A DNA stretch of 64,000 nucleotides from Phoronis australis (Eukaryota > Animalia > Phoronida), in assembly GCA_002633005.1 (NCBI GenBank), contig NMRA01000004.1, positions 1,839,935 through 1,903,934 on the forward strand, in the 5' to 3' direction. Shown here piece after piece: positions 25,969-39,600 of this stretch; position 1 is the first letter of the stretch, and the number at the start of each line of letters is the position of its first letter. The notes beneath the pieces were generated by a model, which saw nothing but the letters and a program-made list of their open reading frames with translations, did not search any database and was not told the origin of the DNA. Both the position numbers and the translations under genes were made by a program.

Positions 25969-26269
25969 ATTAGTCAAGCTTTAGACAGAAAAGCAAACGT
26001 ATGTATTCTAAGAAGAAAGTGAGAGCCAATTCTGCTGATATTAAATGAAAATATCCAGGAATATATGAACACGTTGACTGACATGATTATGTCATTTACT
26101 TTACATGGATTAAATGAGAAATGATTCATTTTTTGACATTTCATAACAATTATCAGACATAACAAGAAGTGGGCTTTCCTGTATCCTTTCAAGATGGCGC
26201 TTGCCTTAGTCAGATAAAATTTCCCAGTACTGCATTATTTGGTTTGATATCAAACTAATAGTTACAGTC

Positions 26270-28284
26270 TTACACAACAAGGAACCTCTCAGTAATAACA
26301 GATGCAAGCTCTGTTGATCCTGTTGACCTGTAGATCAGGCTTAAGTTGTAAGCGGCCTCTTTAGACAGATCAAATATCTCTTCCCCTTTTACCATTGGTT
26401 CCATAGTCAATACTTTGTGGTAATAGAAGATAGCGGCATGCAGCAGCCCCACCTGGTGAGTGGCACGACCCAAGTTGTAGAATGTCTCCTGGCACTCACC
26501 TCGCAAGTCCTTGTACCGGTTGAAGAAGCAGATGGCTTGAAGTACCAGGTCATGTCGCTTGACTGCATAACTCTGGCTTGCGATGTTAAGGAACGACAGG
26601 CCGACGCAGAGACTGATCAAGGGGTCATCGGGCTTTTGACGCAGCGCGGCAAAGTAGTTGTGCAATGTGCGCTTGTAGAAACTTGTGAGCAAGGAGCAGT
26701 GCGCATTGAGTAGCTGGAGCACCAGGTTATTGGGCTCGTTCATGTGCATACGCGTCACAAACTTACTGTGCCTGTTATCATCGCTCAGCATCAGTGCACG
26801 GCAATAAAAGTTCCATGCTGCGTTGCATGTATTGGGACTAATGACGAAGAGTCTTGCCACATCCGCAGCTTTCTTGTGGTTGTCTGTCTTCATGTAGGCC
26901 AAGGCGGTGATGAACTGAGCCTCTTTCTCTTTCAACGGGTCCTTCATGAACGCTTCCACCAACTGACACGACCTACCAAACTCTTCCAGCCTATCATACT
27001 GCTTCAGGCTGTTGAAGGTACGGCAGGACTTCATAAAGATCTCCCAGAGGTCGACAACAGACACTGAGGAAGAGTCACTGTATACAGTAGACCTATCAAA
27101 GCCTACGCCAAACCGTTCTCGCATGATGTCCCTGCGACACTTGTAAGTCCGAGGGAGATGGGTCAACACCTGAACAAACGGCATGTTCAGCCACTTCTGC
27201 AAATGCCCAAAGAGCAACTTCCTGGCACATGTGTAAAACTCGTCGTAGTTACTGTGAGACAACAATAGATGGCATCGGTGCAGAAGCAGACCAGGGTCAG
27301 AGACCAAGTCATCAGCATCATCTTCTCGATTGAGGGTTTCAAGTGCTTCTTCCGTTTGCCCCAAATGCTGCAGAACTTGAGACAAAGCGACGCGGGCTTC
27401 ATAGTTAGACGGCACCAAGTCTACAACTTTTTTGTAGGCATCTGATGCTTCAACGAGTTTTCCAGCAGAGTTCAGGCTTTCGGCAAACTTAAGCCAAACT
27501 GCTGGAGCAGAGCAATACTTTTCAGACACGATAAGCTTTTGTAGGAGGGAGCAAGCTTCGAGGTTACAGTCATTTTCGATGTAGGCTTCGGCAATGTCAA
27601 GAAATAGGTCCCCGCACTCTTCTACATCTTCAGCGTATACTGGCTTAGCAATGTCAGGGATGAGATCAAACTCGGAAAAGAAGATGAGAGGTATGATTAG
27701 CTTAACTCTCAAGTCAATTGGCAAAGCATCTGGCACTACACATGAACTATATCTACTTGTGTTTCCGTCAGCAGCTCTCACCAACCTTACACCACAGTGC
27801 AACGTCAGTATCTCCAGCACGGACTCGTAGTCCTTCTGTGACAGATACAGCTCTGCTAACAGATTAACAAATTCGGACGTGACGAAATCTGGACACAGGT
27901 CAAATGCGTTCTCCATGGTGGCTATGGCACTGTCAGTGTCACCTGCCTTATGATAAGTCTCTACCAGGTGATGAGTTGCCAGAAAATACTGTTCGCCGTC
28001 ACTAGGTGGCACCAACTCAAGCAGCTGTTCATAGTCATCAATGAGCTTCTTCATATTCCCCAGCTCTGCGTTCAGTTTTGAGCGTTCCCAAATCAGCCCC
28101 ACCTTGTCCGGAGCGCATTTAACAGCCTTATTCAGGCACATGACTGCCTGTTTTTTGTTATCCAGTTCTAAAGACATCTCGGCTAACCGGGCCCATTCCT
28201 CAGGGTCCTTGGGACTGAGGTGGGCTCCTATCAACGAGTACTGCAGAGACTTCTCCTTGTCCCCCCTCTCCTCGTACAATATGC
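26270..28284 (-). CDS. GTF3C3: general transcription factor IIIC subunit 3 (TPR protein), last coding exon
   Basis: Acceptor tccgtttcag|GC (phase 1); 670-codon TPR-rich frame (LIGAHLSPKDPEEWARLAEM, LPIDLRVKL, CQETFYNLGRATHQVGLLHAAIFYY, EAAYNLSLIYRSTG) to TAA. Confidence 0.95.
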
Positions 28285-31200
28285 CTGAAACGGAACACAA
28301 AGACAGGTCTACTTACTATCTACTGCAGAGAGATTCCTAAGAAGATAGAAACCACAACAATTTTAAAATTCTAAAAGTCTTTCAGTGGAAAGAACAAAAT
28401 ATTCACTGGAAACTGACAGGACAAACAAAAGTTCAATTCTACATAATACACGGAATAATGTAAGACTCACTGAAAATCTTACGTGTTCATTTTGGGTCAC
28501 CACCCATGCTTCAACTTACAAGCATGTTACCATTAATGGTAATCAATCGTGCATATAATATGCAACATGTTGGAAGAGTGGAATTTCATGTCAAATTTCT
28601 CAACAAAATAACTTTGCAACATTATTCACTTGATTTGTTATGTAGGACCCTAGGTCCAAATTTGGCCCACTTCGGAACATTATTTCTCAGATTCACAAGA
28701 AGCTTTCACATAGCATGTATGCCTTATGCACTGTTTTTCAAACCGCTGTTAGGAACTGTTTTCAAAGATGTTTCACTTTTGTATGAAGGCTATAAAAACT
28801 AACAAAAGGCTTTTACAATTTTTATGAAAGAACTGAAAAGTTGTAATGAGAAAACTATACAATTTTTTTTCAAGGTTTCACACTGAACAATAATTCCACA
28901 AAATCGGTCAAGAAGTTATTGATATCTTACTTTCGCTATGATTTTACCTTTGTTTCTAAATGCTGCTAAAAAGATATGGTCACAAGACTCAATTGATGGC
29001 AGAATGGTGAAACGTCAAACATTAAATTCCACAGGCTTTCTACTTTCAAGAAATATCCATTTTTGCTGACATCAAATCTGCTGTGCTGTACATATTTCAC
29101 TCAATACACACACTAGTCAATAAGGACCTTCATAACCTCAACAGCTTGCAAAGCATTCGGTACAATTTTGAGAATTAATTCACAACACAGCTTTAAGGAT
29201 TTAAAACCAAAATGCTCAGCAACCATTTTTATTTCAAATTAAAAAGATTTTAAGGATATTGTTATATGTATTATAACAGACAGCACAACAGTATATATAG
29301 GCCAATTAAATAATAAACACGTACTGAGTAGGTGAAGAAATCCCCATCACGCTAATCCACAAAACATTTCTTTACACTGAACAACTGCGTAAAGACATTT
29401 TATTAGCAAAGGCTGTGTGTACCTTGGGCAGCCTCGCACAGTGCTTGCTATTGAAAGGTCGTGCTTGATACTTGCTTGAGTGCTGAATGAAGTTCCTAGA
29501 ACTGATTTGAATACACGCTGTGTGACCTCATCAATCTATTTGCATAATGTACAGGTGTATGTTAGCTTATTTGCTGCACTTTTAGGTGTTGGAAGTTTTA
29601 CTTGTCATTTGAACCTTGAAGATTGTGGTCGTTTGAAGAGTCTCATTATTGAGGACCGAACAGGCAAACGTACAGACAAACAAAAGAACGAGGGAAGACA
29701 TCAATGTGTATAAGCATCAATAAAAACTTGACTTGGAACTCAACTTTTCATTCTAACACATTTTATGACTTCTCTTTCATCTCAGTGCCTCAATAGTCTA
29801 CTACTGACCATGTGACACTGAAATACAGTACCCACAAATGTTTTGATGCCATAGTATGTCTAATCAACGTTACCTATAGCATTAATGAATAACCATTGTC
29901 TAGAAAATACAGAAGATTGATGTTATTATATAAAACACTACTCCATACTTTGCGCCAACATTGATTCAGTAAGAAGACAGTATGAGTCAACGAATACACC
30001 TATTAGATATTTTCCTAGCCTCAAAGTTCCCTCAGAGGCATATTTTAACTGAATGTCAAAAATAGAGAATGATCAGTCACTAAGTAATTAGGCGAGACAG
30101 ATGTTTGGAATGAGCTGGGGCGAAGCAATACGAATTTCTGCTCAAATAATGGTGCTACATATTGCTCGGGTGAAGATTGAACCTCAGCAAAGCAAGTCTT
30201 TTCATATTAAAATTCACATTACAGGACACGTGACCAAGGTTTTGACGTGCACAATGAATGATGAACCACCTCCACGGGAAAATTTGATCACACAATGTAC
30301 CTAAGGTATACTGTATCGGTAAGAGTTACTAAAGCGTGGTTAGCCTTTATGAGTATCGGCAAATGTTTTGTACCTCACTTTCAGTTGGCTACAGACCATA
30401 CTCCCTTAGCATGCAATACACATCTTCAGAGAGAGTCCACAAGCACATAGTAGGCTGACTAGTCAAACATCCCAGAATTCCTTAGTGAAGCCTGAGGTAT
30501 TATGTGCAGGAGTCAAGTCAATCTATTGCATGGTAACGTAGGAAAGAATGTCTGGATTTATACAAGTGAATGTGTGTGGTTTGTGCAATTCAACTCAACA
30601 CTGACATGAGGGGCTACATCAAAATTCTCTGACCACCAAATTGAATGAGCAGGGATGAATACCAGTGATAAGGACAACACAATGAAAAGGTCGGACCTGT
30701 TGACCTAACTAACAATAGAGCACTTATCTGAAGGATCTTAATATCCTGGAAGAATGTTGCTGAATTCTGAATAGCAGAGAGTGTAATGGATATGAATTAT
30801 TCACAATTACCCTTTGGGAGATGGACAGTGGTACACATGCTTTAACCTAAAAGTGATCTAGCACAAAGTTACCGTAACATCATCCCTGAAATCTACTGTC
30901 CATATACACTACAAGCCTCTTTACATTAGCACGACATTTTTGTCAGTCAATTCTCCGACCGTCTTCGGATGCTACAGCTTATTTAGAGGAACGAGCGCAG
31001 ACACGTGGTGAACTTATGGCCGTCAATGCTAAACATTCTTTTTATTTTTGCAAGGGGTAAGGTAAATGAGTGGCCTTACTAGCGGTTAAACTGATGCACT
31101 AACAATGGAAAGTTCCCCCTGATTCAAATCACACCTAGCCCCAAGAAAAAAAACAACTTGGAAAAGTGTTATACAGATTTTAGAAATGACGTTACTGCAC

Positions 31201-31288
31201 AAACTTCCCAAAGCAGTTTTTACAATGGAGGAATCTGAGCTACTAGTCATCTTATTTAATCCTCCAACTGTGACTAATTAGAACCCAC

Positions 31289-31514
31289 CTAGAGTCTGGA
31301 AGGGCTCTGGAGCTGTGGGCGCCAGCCTGATCACCTCTAGACACATCTTGATGGCTTCGTCATACTCGCCACGAGCAAAGCGGAGATTGGCTTCGCCCAT
31401 AAGACCTTGTAAGTCCCTGGGTAGAGTGCGTTTAGGACCACGTGCCCGCCTCCGCCTGGGGGCTTCCAGAGCGGGCTCAGTCATGGAGAGCAAAGGCACA
31501 TCTTGTGGTTCAGC
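31289..31514 (-). CDS. GTF3C3: GTF3C3 coding exon 3
   Basis: Acceptor ccatag|GCT (phase 0), donor CTA G|gtgggt (phase 1); LPRDLQGLMGEANLRFARGEYDEAIKMCLEVIRLAPTAPEPFQTLG is the conserved first TPR region. Confidence 0.95.
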
Positions 31515-32417
31515 CTATGGATCATAAATGTGTGAATGTTACAAAGCTTTTGGTGGTTTTTGAACAAATGAAACACTGATACCCATTGTAAACGCACGAG
31601 AACAAACAACTGATCACTATCAATCTCATTAACCCCATAGGAGGCTACTTAAAATGAGATCATGGCAGTTTCAGAAGACACCAAATTGAACATGGCAGTA
31701 TGCCTTTAATATTTAGCAGTTAGGGGCAATGATACATCATTAAACTGACAAAATGCTATTGTGACCAATGTTCGACTAAACAGCCAAATAATTTTGACAA
31801 TATATTTGACAGAGTTCTGTGGAAGTCTGATCCACGAAACTTGCCCCTACTTCACTGTTCTATTTCACTACAAAAAGATGAGATGTCAGTAGGGTGTTAA
31901 TAGATGTTGCGGCGAGTATTTGCTCCTTGCAGTTCGGCCTAAATCCCGAAATATCACTTTGGAATGATTGCACCTATGTATCAGGTACACTTTAGGTACA
32001 AGCTAGGCAAAACAAAATATAAAGGCAAATTTATTTGAGAGCAAGACACTTTAAAATGCATAATACTTTAGGCACAAAGAATGGACACATTAGGTGCACA
32101 GTGAGGATGAGTGCACAAAATCTAACAACACTAGCAGAAGGACTAAGTTTTTGCAGTCAGAACGACAGAATGCTGTCAATTGCAACGGACAGTTAAATTA
32201 CAAATTAAAGTGACACCATCGTGTTCTGTGTTTTTATGAATAATTAGAACTTGGTAATAGTAAAGATGAAAGTGGTAAGATTGACTGCAGTTGGCACCAG
32301 AGTGATGATCACATTTGAGTGAGAGTTCAAAATTTAAGCCTGGCATTAAACTAAAAGAGCCTGGTAAGAACACTGGCTTATCTTCACTTAGCGATTTGTT
32401 TGCATTGTAACCATTAA

Positions 32418-34091
32418 AGTCCTTCTCTCAAACTGCCCATGTGGTTCCAGTATCCGAAAATACTTACTACATAAATTCTTATTTTCGACACCCTTCCTTT
32501 ATATTCTTTTCGCCTTTCTTGCAAAAGGCGATTTTTTAACAGTATTTGACCCTTCTCTCTGTGCGTATGATTACAGGTTGTCATCGGTTATTTCCGTACC
32601 CACATTTCCGGCTCATCAGTTCAGGAACTTGTCCTGAACGCCGCCATTTTTTTCCTTGTAACTGAATGTGCTATGGCCTGGTCGAAAAGTCTTCATTATT
32701 TTGTTTTATTAGTAATATATCGAATTTTGTTTGCATATGTAGTGTATTTATAGTTTGTAGTTAGTGGTTGTTGATTTTTTTGGAATGTTACGCATACTTA
32801 GTATGTTAAAATAACATTGGTGTTTAGTTCTTTACGTAGGTGGGTCGAACCTAGGAACCAATATGGGTCGAACCAATTTTTTTTCGGTTTTATTTTTTCG
32901 TTTTGAAAAAGTACTTTACTATCATCGGAAAGGTAGTACATTCTACTCAGTAAAAATCAAAAAAGTATCAAAATCGGGGCAAGCAGTGTAAAGTTATTGC
33001 AAGTTTTGTGGCGAAATTTGGGTCACTTTGTTTGGATCGCGTCGGCCATATTGGAGGACAGCGGGATAAGTTACGAGTTTACAACTTTGTGTAAATTGTT
33101 TTCGCCAACAAATTATGGTGAAATTTAGTTAGACATATCTTTACTTACTATTCTGCACGATTTAGCAGTGTTCACCAAATTTCAGCCTCGCAGTTGTTAC
33201 TCATTAAGTGATAAATGTGCTCACAATTCCCGTTGGGCTTCGTCTCATTTCTGGTGGCACCGACAATGGCGACATTTTCTGAACTGAAAGGCATGTTCAA
33301 TCGGCTACTTTGTAATTTGTCAAGATTTAACGTTGATACATTTTGACAAACGTTGCTACAAAAAAGAAACTTTGTTCAATTTTCGTGTTTTTTGTGTTTG
33401 TGGCCAGCGACCAGTTAGGCCTAAGGGTAGCCTTGGCGCAAAGCTGTATAGGCCTACTAACAAGCTGTATTTTGGCTATAGTCTTCACTGGTAGCTGGTG
33501 ACTGAGGCTAACTAAGGTCTGCCGCGGCAGTGTGACATAGGACTAACCAGCCCGTAATTTCATGCAAGTGTCTGAAACTACCCTTGAATATATGCAGCAT
33601 TTATCATTTGACCATTTTACTTCGACAAAACAGCTTGCAACCGCATGCATTTACCGTTCGCCAGTGTCTGGTCTCGATCCGCACCGGGTCCGATAGGCTG
33701 CGGTCCCGAGTCTGGCAAAATAATTTCTGTCAAAATTTATTCGCCACATTTCTTCAGCAAATTCCATAAAATTGTCCGTAGTTTGATTTTATCAAAATTA
33801 AGGCGCGCTGTCGATTTTTTTATCCCCGTTTGCTGGCTGGTAACAGTACAGGCACTGCTCCAGTCGCACTGACGGCGTTTTCTCTGCCTGCGTTCCTAAA
33901 TGAATTGTACTTCCGGGTTCGCGGCAAGTTCAAAATGGCGGTGTTTCTTCGGGTGCGAATCGTGAGTGGCGTGTTCATTTAAACTTTTTTCGAGTACGGA
34001 TCGTGTATTAGTTATGGGGTAGGTACTTCTTGGATCCTTATAACATCTTCTAACCATGTAATAAGGGTTAACAACGCGTGAGAGAAGGACT
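32418..34091. mobile_element. Kolobok-type non-autonomous DNA transposon in a GTF3C3 intron
   Basis: 13-bp perfect TIR AGTCCTTCTCTCA / TGAGAGAAGGACT with TTAA on both sides (32414-32417, 34092-34095); no long ORF. Confidence 0.75.
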
Positions 34092-35122
34092 TTAAGTGAC
34101 TTTCATGTAACACGGACACCTAGTCGCCATTGCAGGGGCGTCACGCACTGGTAAAACAACGAATCAAACTTGCTACAACATTAAAACCAAGTCTCACAGT
34201 GGGGACAACTCTACAAAGAGACCTTAGAAGGGAATAGGTATTTAATAAACCATCAATGAGAGAGCCAAGAATAACCCATGGCAAACAATTTTTGGCATCC
34301 AACAAACTCTATCATGTATGAGATTAACCTCGGCTTGGGATGCCAGAAATATTTTGCAGTTTATTTGACATATCAAGCCTATCTCTTCCCTCATCTTTGT
34401 TGTCTCACTCTGTTGCTGTAGTCCTTGTGTGTTTATGTCCATTACACGCCAAAATCACCACACAAAATTACGGTGTCTGAGCGCAAAGCTGAATTCCCAA
34501 CCATGGGAGATAAGTGCCAGGGAATACAACATTAGAGTAGGTGGAAAGACCCGTCATGGTGGCCAAGTGATATTTTGTCCGATTATTTAAGGCATGTGCT
34601 GCATCACTCATGCAAAGACTTTTTGCCATAGGACAGCGTGTTTTTGCCACTTTCTTCATTCCACTCCATAGTTGCTTGCTGGCTCCCATTTTGTTTGAAA
34701 AGCTCTGTAGGCCTGGTCAAAATTTGGGCATTTTCAATGCATCATGCCAGCACAATGCATACAGTAACTACTCTTAGCAGTGGCACGATGTTGCAGACAG
34801 TTGTCTGCGCATCAAAGACAAATCGCTTAACGCAGATAGCTCTTAAAGCGTATGCTTAGGAACGAGACATAGAAAAAATGAATGTCGCGGTAAAAGTGAC
34901 GCCATATGTACTAGATGGGGGCTAATGAATAAAAGTACACTGTACCTCTCTTTCACATCTGAATGGATTAATAAGAGAGATCAGTTTTTCAAAACAGGGC
35001 TATTTATGTGATAAGGAACCTCAGCCATTTACATTGAATGCAGGCATTTTTACGAGACGGTCCCTTGCTTCATATGTGACACCTAGTAAATTGAGTTCCC
35101 AATCACTGCAGGAAGAACAAAC

Positions 35123-35280
35123 CTCCTGCGTAGTATCAAGTTCATAGACGTTATCTGTGCTTTCGTCAACTCTGTCAGCGGAGTCGCCTGTTTCCAAGTA
35201 GTTGTCGAATTCTTCAAATGAAATCTTGCCATCGAGGTAATTAAGAATCATAGTACTTCTCTCGTCGCCCTCATCTTCGT
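35123..35280 (-). CDS. GTF3C3: GTF3C3 coding exon 2
   Basis: Acceptor accttcag|AC (phase 1), donor GAG|gtttgt (phase 0); both phases fit the neighbouring exons; encodes ILNYLDGKISFEEFD and an acidic linker. Confidence 0.85.
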
Positions 35281-36694
35281 CTGAAGGTACAAATAAGACA
35301 TTAGAGGACACTTCTTATGTTTCCAGTATCTGTTTTTTCACTTATGGTTATTTCAGCTATCAGTACCTAGTTTTACATTTTCATTATTGCTGGTTTTTCA
35401 TAGAAGGTGAAAAGAATATGCATGCACAGTGTCTATAGACAATGGCAGTCAATCTCACTAACCTTAAGACTTTGTCATTTTTAAAACTTTTCACTGAGAT
35501 CCTATGGCCAAGAACTGACATTACAAGTAACCATTCCCCGGATATTTTCTTACACTCTCTAGTGGCTCCAAAAACCAACTGCGGTTCAGTCCCAAGTTTT
35601 GGGACGGATGATAGAAAAACCTCATGCGATCAATTCATGGATTTGTAAAAAAATGAAAATCCAATTCCTTGAGAAAATGCTTGGCCTATAATGTGTCGCT
35701 CTATGACAAGCAACTTGTGGAGTTTAGTCTCAAGTAGAAACGAAGCTTAGAAATCAACTCAAATTTGACTAAGGAACATGTGAGACCAATTTCGTAACAG
35801 TAAGAGAACATGCATTGTGACCAACAGGTGGAGTGCAGACCAGACTTAACAGTTTTTGTGAACAGTAAGAATTCTAACAACTTTAGCACCAATAAAGGAT
35901 TTCAGTGTATTAAGTCTACACACAGATTAAATGGAAGTGTAGGGCACACAAGGTTATTGATATTCAAGTCCACAGAACAGTTTGAACATAGATCCTGGAC
36001 CTAATGTCCCTGTGGTGCACTCGGACTTGCAAAGGGATTCCCCTTGACATTAAGGAGTCCCTATGTTGTTTTTAGTGTTTTATTCCAAAATGAAAGAGTC
36101 GTGAACCAAGTCCATGAGAAATGAACGCAAAGACTGTACACCGACTACCTCAAGGTACGGCTTTTCGATTCCAAATATCATCCTGGAACCCAGGATTATA
36201 GATAGTCTCAATAAAGATATAGTTTGTGCATTTAGTCCTTCAGTCGGTAAGAGTTCGCTTCACATAGAGAAAATCTCTAGGTTTGGTTGGACCTGACTGA
36301 TGCGAGTTTAACTGAGTGTATTTTTACTGTCAATATTCAAACTAGGCTCATTCATTTGTCTAACTCCTATGAACTCACTTTCCGCCAAACAATAACAAAA
36401 ACAAAGTAAAAGGTATGTATAACAATGCTCGGTCCTTAAAATGCCCAAATACATTAATTGAACAGCGTTTTTGTGCACCTAAAAGATCAGGTTATGGTTT
36501 GTAGGAAACTATGGGTAATTGCATTGCAAAGTTATCAAAAATTATGTTTTGGTGGGTTAGAAAATGGAACAAAAATATGGTTGGCATGGCAGGTGAATAT
36601 TAAGTGCCTTCCCCTCACATACCAATTTTACTGCTGCAGCAGCCCGTGTAGGAAGTGGTTAATCTTTATCAATTGACGGAAGATATTCATAGTA

Positions 36695-37028
36695 CAGGGG
36701 CGGATCCAGGATTTTGAGTTAGGTTTGGGCACAGGAATAACCAGAATTTCGACAGATGCGCGCACCCAGCCGAAATTGTGGAGATGCAGGGGTCTCGAAC
36801 TTTGGGTTTGTGGACCTGTTGACTAAAAGAAAAAATGAGAAAAAAGAAAAAAAGGTAAACGGGGTTTGTTCAGGGCCTATACATTGTTTATTCACCCCCC
36901 TGCCAATCCCCGAGCCCCCTTGGTTGCGCGCATGTGCTAATCAGAAATTCGCATCCGAACTCCCAAATGGTATCTGGTAGAATTTTAGGGGGGGCCATGG
37001 CCCCTTGGCCCCCCTAAATCCGCCACTG
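36695..37028. mobile_element. MITE, CAGGGGCGGATCCAGG family, 5-bp TSD
   Basis: Ends CAGGGGCGGAT ... ATCCGCCACTG; TAGTA on both sides. Confidence 0.75.
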
Positions 37029-37063
37029 TAGTACCATTAAATGCTTCACATACAGAAGTTTAC

Positions 37064-37223
37064 CATCAACCACACTACCTCCAGCTAGACAATCTCCAGT
37101 TGACAACGATTCAGTCGGTGGTTGGACACAGCCTTCAGCTTTTTCCTTCTCTTTCTCATACTCTTCAAACGTGATCTTGCCCTGGAGATACTGAAATAAC
37201 TTTTCCTTCGTAGCTTCAGTCAT
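37064..37223 (-). CDS. GTF3C3: GTF3C3 first coding exon
   Basis: Acceptor tttttccgacag|gacaATG; MTEATKEKLFQYLQGKITFEEYEK resembles the GTF3C3 N-terminus (YLEGKISFEEF); donor GAT G|gtaaac (phase 1). Confidence 0.85.
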
Positions 37224-39099
37224 TGTCCTGTCGGAAAAAGAAATATACATGATGCACTCTTGTCCACTCGACCCGTTTTATTTCATAACTATGGCGACAG
37301 TGGGTTTCGCTGAACCAAGGTTGGCTTCCCTAGTGCGAGTTTGAACAAGCAAGCAAAACTTACAATTGAGAATACTGAGAGATGAGTCATTTGTTAATCA
37401 TGTGAGGAAATTTACTGACGTTTGAATGTGGAACTTCAGACAGTGTACATGAGCCAGGGCCATGTCATTGGCAAGAGTGTAGTTTTTAATGAAATTAATT
37501 TTGTGTCAAATTTTATGTGGTCCGTTTTTTACCCACATTGGTCCAAAGCTGAAAATATATACTGTTTTGTACAAAGGCTAACACTGGCCACAGCCAGGGC
37601 AATGTTGGTGGTTCATAACTAGATTCAGCTTTGCTATACCCACAGCATGGGTGCTTATTTCAATCATTTAGAACATATCTAGTATACGCCATATAAGTAA
37701 AGAAAGGAGTAGTGCATATGCCATTTCAAATTTATTTAGATGCGCTGAAGTATGGCGAGGTTCCCAAAGTGGCCACTGCGTGACACATTCGATGATGTTA
37801 CCACTATGTGACGGTGAAATTACCCACTGCTTGACTTACGATCAGGGTCAGACAGTAAATGACTGAGTTAAGGACTGGTGCAAGAGAAGCAATAGTCAAG
37901 GAATGCTGTGAGGAGATGATTGTTTCGGTAAAACATACTTGAAATATATATTGCAATTTCTTGTAGAATTCTCAGTGTAAATATACAGTATGCATTCATA
38001 GCAAAATGTTTTAGTTTGCATTGAGGTTTTTGCCCAATTTTATTGTGGATGTTATGCAGGCAATTAACCTATTTCTGATGACTCAGATATAAAACAATGG
38101 CCTGAGCACTGTGTGCCTGAACTTTCATCGATAAATATATGCTGAAAGTTAAGTTTATAGTGTTTGCCGTTTTTTGAAGCAATAAAACTCCCTGTTAAGG
38201 AACTACATCTTGAATGAATATTTTAGGTAGACCAAACGAACAGGACCAATCAAATATGCCATAGCAAATTTTCACCACCAGGAGACTGCACACCAACCGT
38301 GGAATATGGCTCAACCCACCATGGCATAATCCGTGACTGTATTCCCATATGTGGGATAATTATATCTAGCACTATTCACATATTTATTTATACGGTGTAA
38401 AACAGAGGTAGGCCTATGTCCTAACAGTAACCTAGTAACAGATAGCAATAAGCTTCCGGCATGAGTGACCTTTATTAGGCATGTGATGTATTGCTTTTGG
38501 CAACGCCATAGACAGTAGCACCGTCTTAACTGGCCCCCATTTAAGATGGTGGCCCTCCTATTGGCCCTTCATATGCCAGATGCATTTCAGCAAATTATGA
38601 TCAACACAGATCAAACCATGAAGTGCCTTTTGTGCACAACGGAACTCTTTAAGAGGCCGTTGATATCTACAACTCTCCCGGGCTCAAACAAATACCCTAA
38701 CAATCAAACATTTTTCGAACTGACTCCTTCGTTCAATTGCCTTGGCAACTGACTATTTTTGCACTGCTCATGTCCTGGGATATGATGTCATATCCTTTGG
38801 CATGAGGGATGTATGATGTCATATCCTTTAGCACGAGGGATGTAAAATGGTGAGTTGCCGATTTGGGCCCAAATCGGCAACTAAAGGGCTGCTGTTCGAA
38901 AAAAAGTTTGCCAATTTACGGGAGTATTTGCTCGAGCTGGGAAGACTAAAAGACACATGTGGCCTCCAGGCTAAGGAGTCCCTCTACCCCTCTACCTTAT
39001 CATGTTTGTAAGTCCATGCTTAACTGAAAGAAATTTAACTGTTTTTGATAATACCACCAATGTTGGAATCACACCCTAAGATAGTATAGTACAAGAAAA

Positions 39100-39600
39100 C
39101 ATTGGACAAAATGGGAACCTATTACCGTTAACAGAAATTCCACAATTTCTCCCTCCGTAGCTCAGACCTTGAACATTTCTTCGCTCCTCTCGTTCACTTG
39201 ATTTCAGCGGCCTCTGGTGAGGATTGCCTCAAACGCCTTATTAGAGCGTCTTTATTAGGTCTTGGAAAAGCCACGAACGAATAAACTTTTATGAAATAAC
39301 AACATCAAGGGTTCTCAAATAGACTGGATTGTACTAGTTAATTTTCTAAGCCGATGTATGCCGTTAAAATAACAAAATAACATTAACTTCAGCTCCACTT
39401 TAATCTTTTTCCGGTTTCAAGAACAAAAATAGCAATCAATAGATGGCGCTAACAATCCAATTCACATGTTCCGTTCAGAAGCGAAGAAGTTGTCAGGTGA
39501 GGTGATCTGAGTTTATGAAGGTTTACCTGTTTACAAACGAGTTACGTGCTGCACCGCCCTTGATAAATGACTTACCGTGCCAGCTTGTGTAGTTTAAGTA
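39100..39600. promoter_or_regulatory. candidate (possibly bidirectional) promoter / non-coding first exons
   Basis: Minus-strand donors at 39124-39125 (ACG|gtaata) and 39574-39575 (ACG|gtaagt), plus-strand donor CAG|gtgagg at 39497; TTCCGG and AGATGGCGC motifs; the GTF3C3 ATG exon has an acceptor and so needs an upstream exon. Confidence 0.4.

Noticed and set aside
26417-28340. Plus-strand ORFs overlapping GTF3C3
   Set aside because: Antisense shadows of the real CDS
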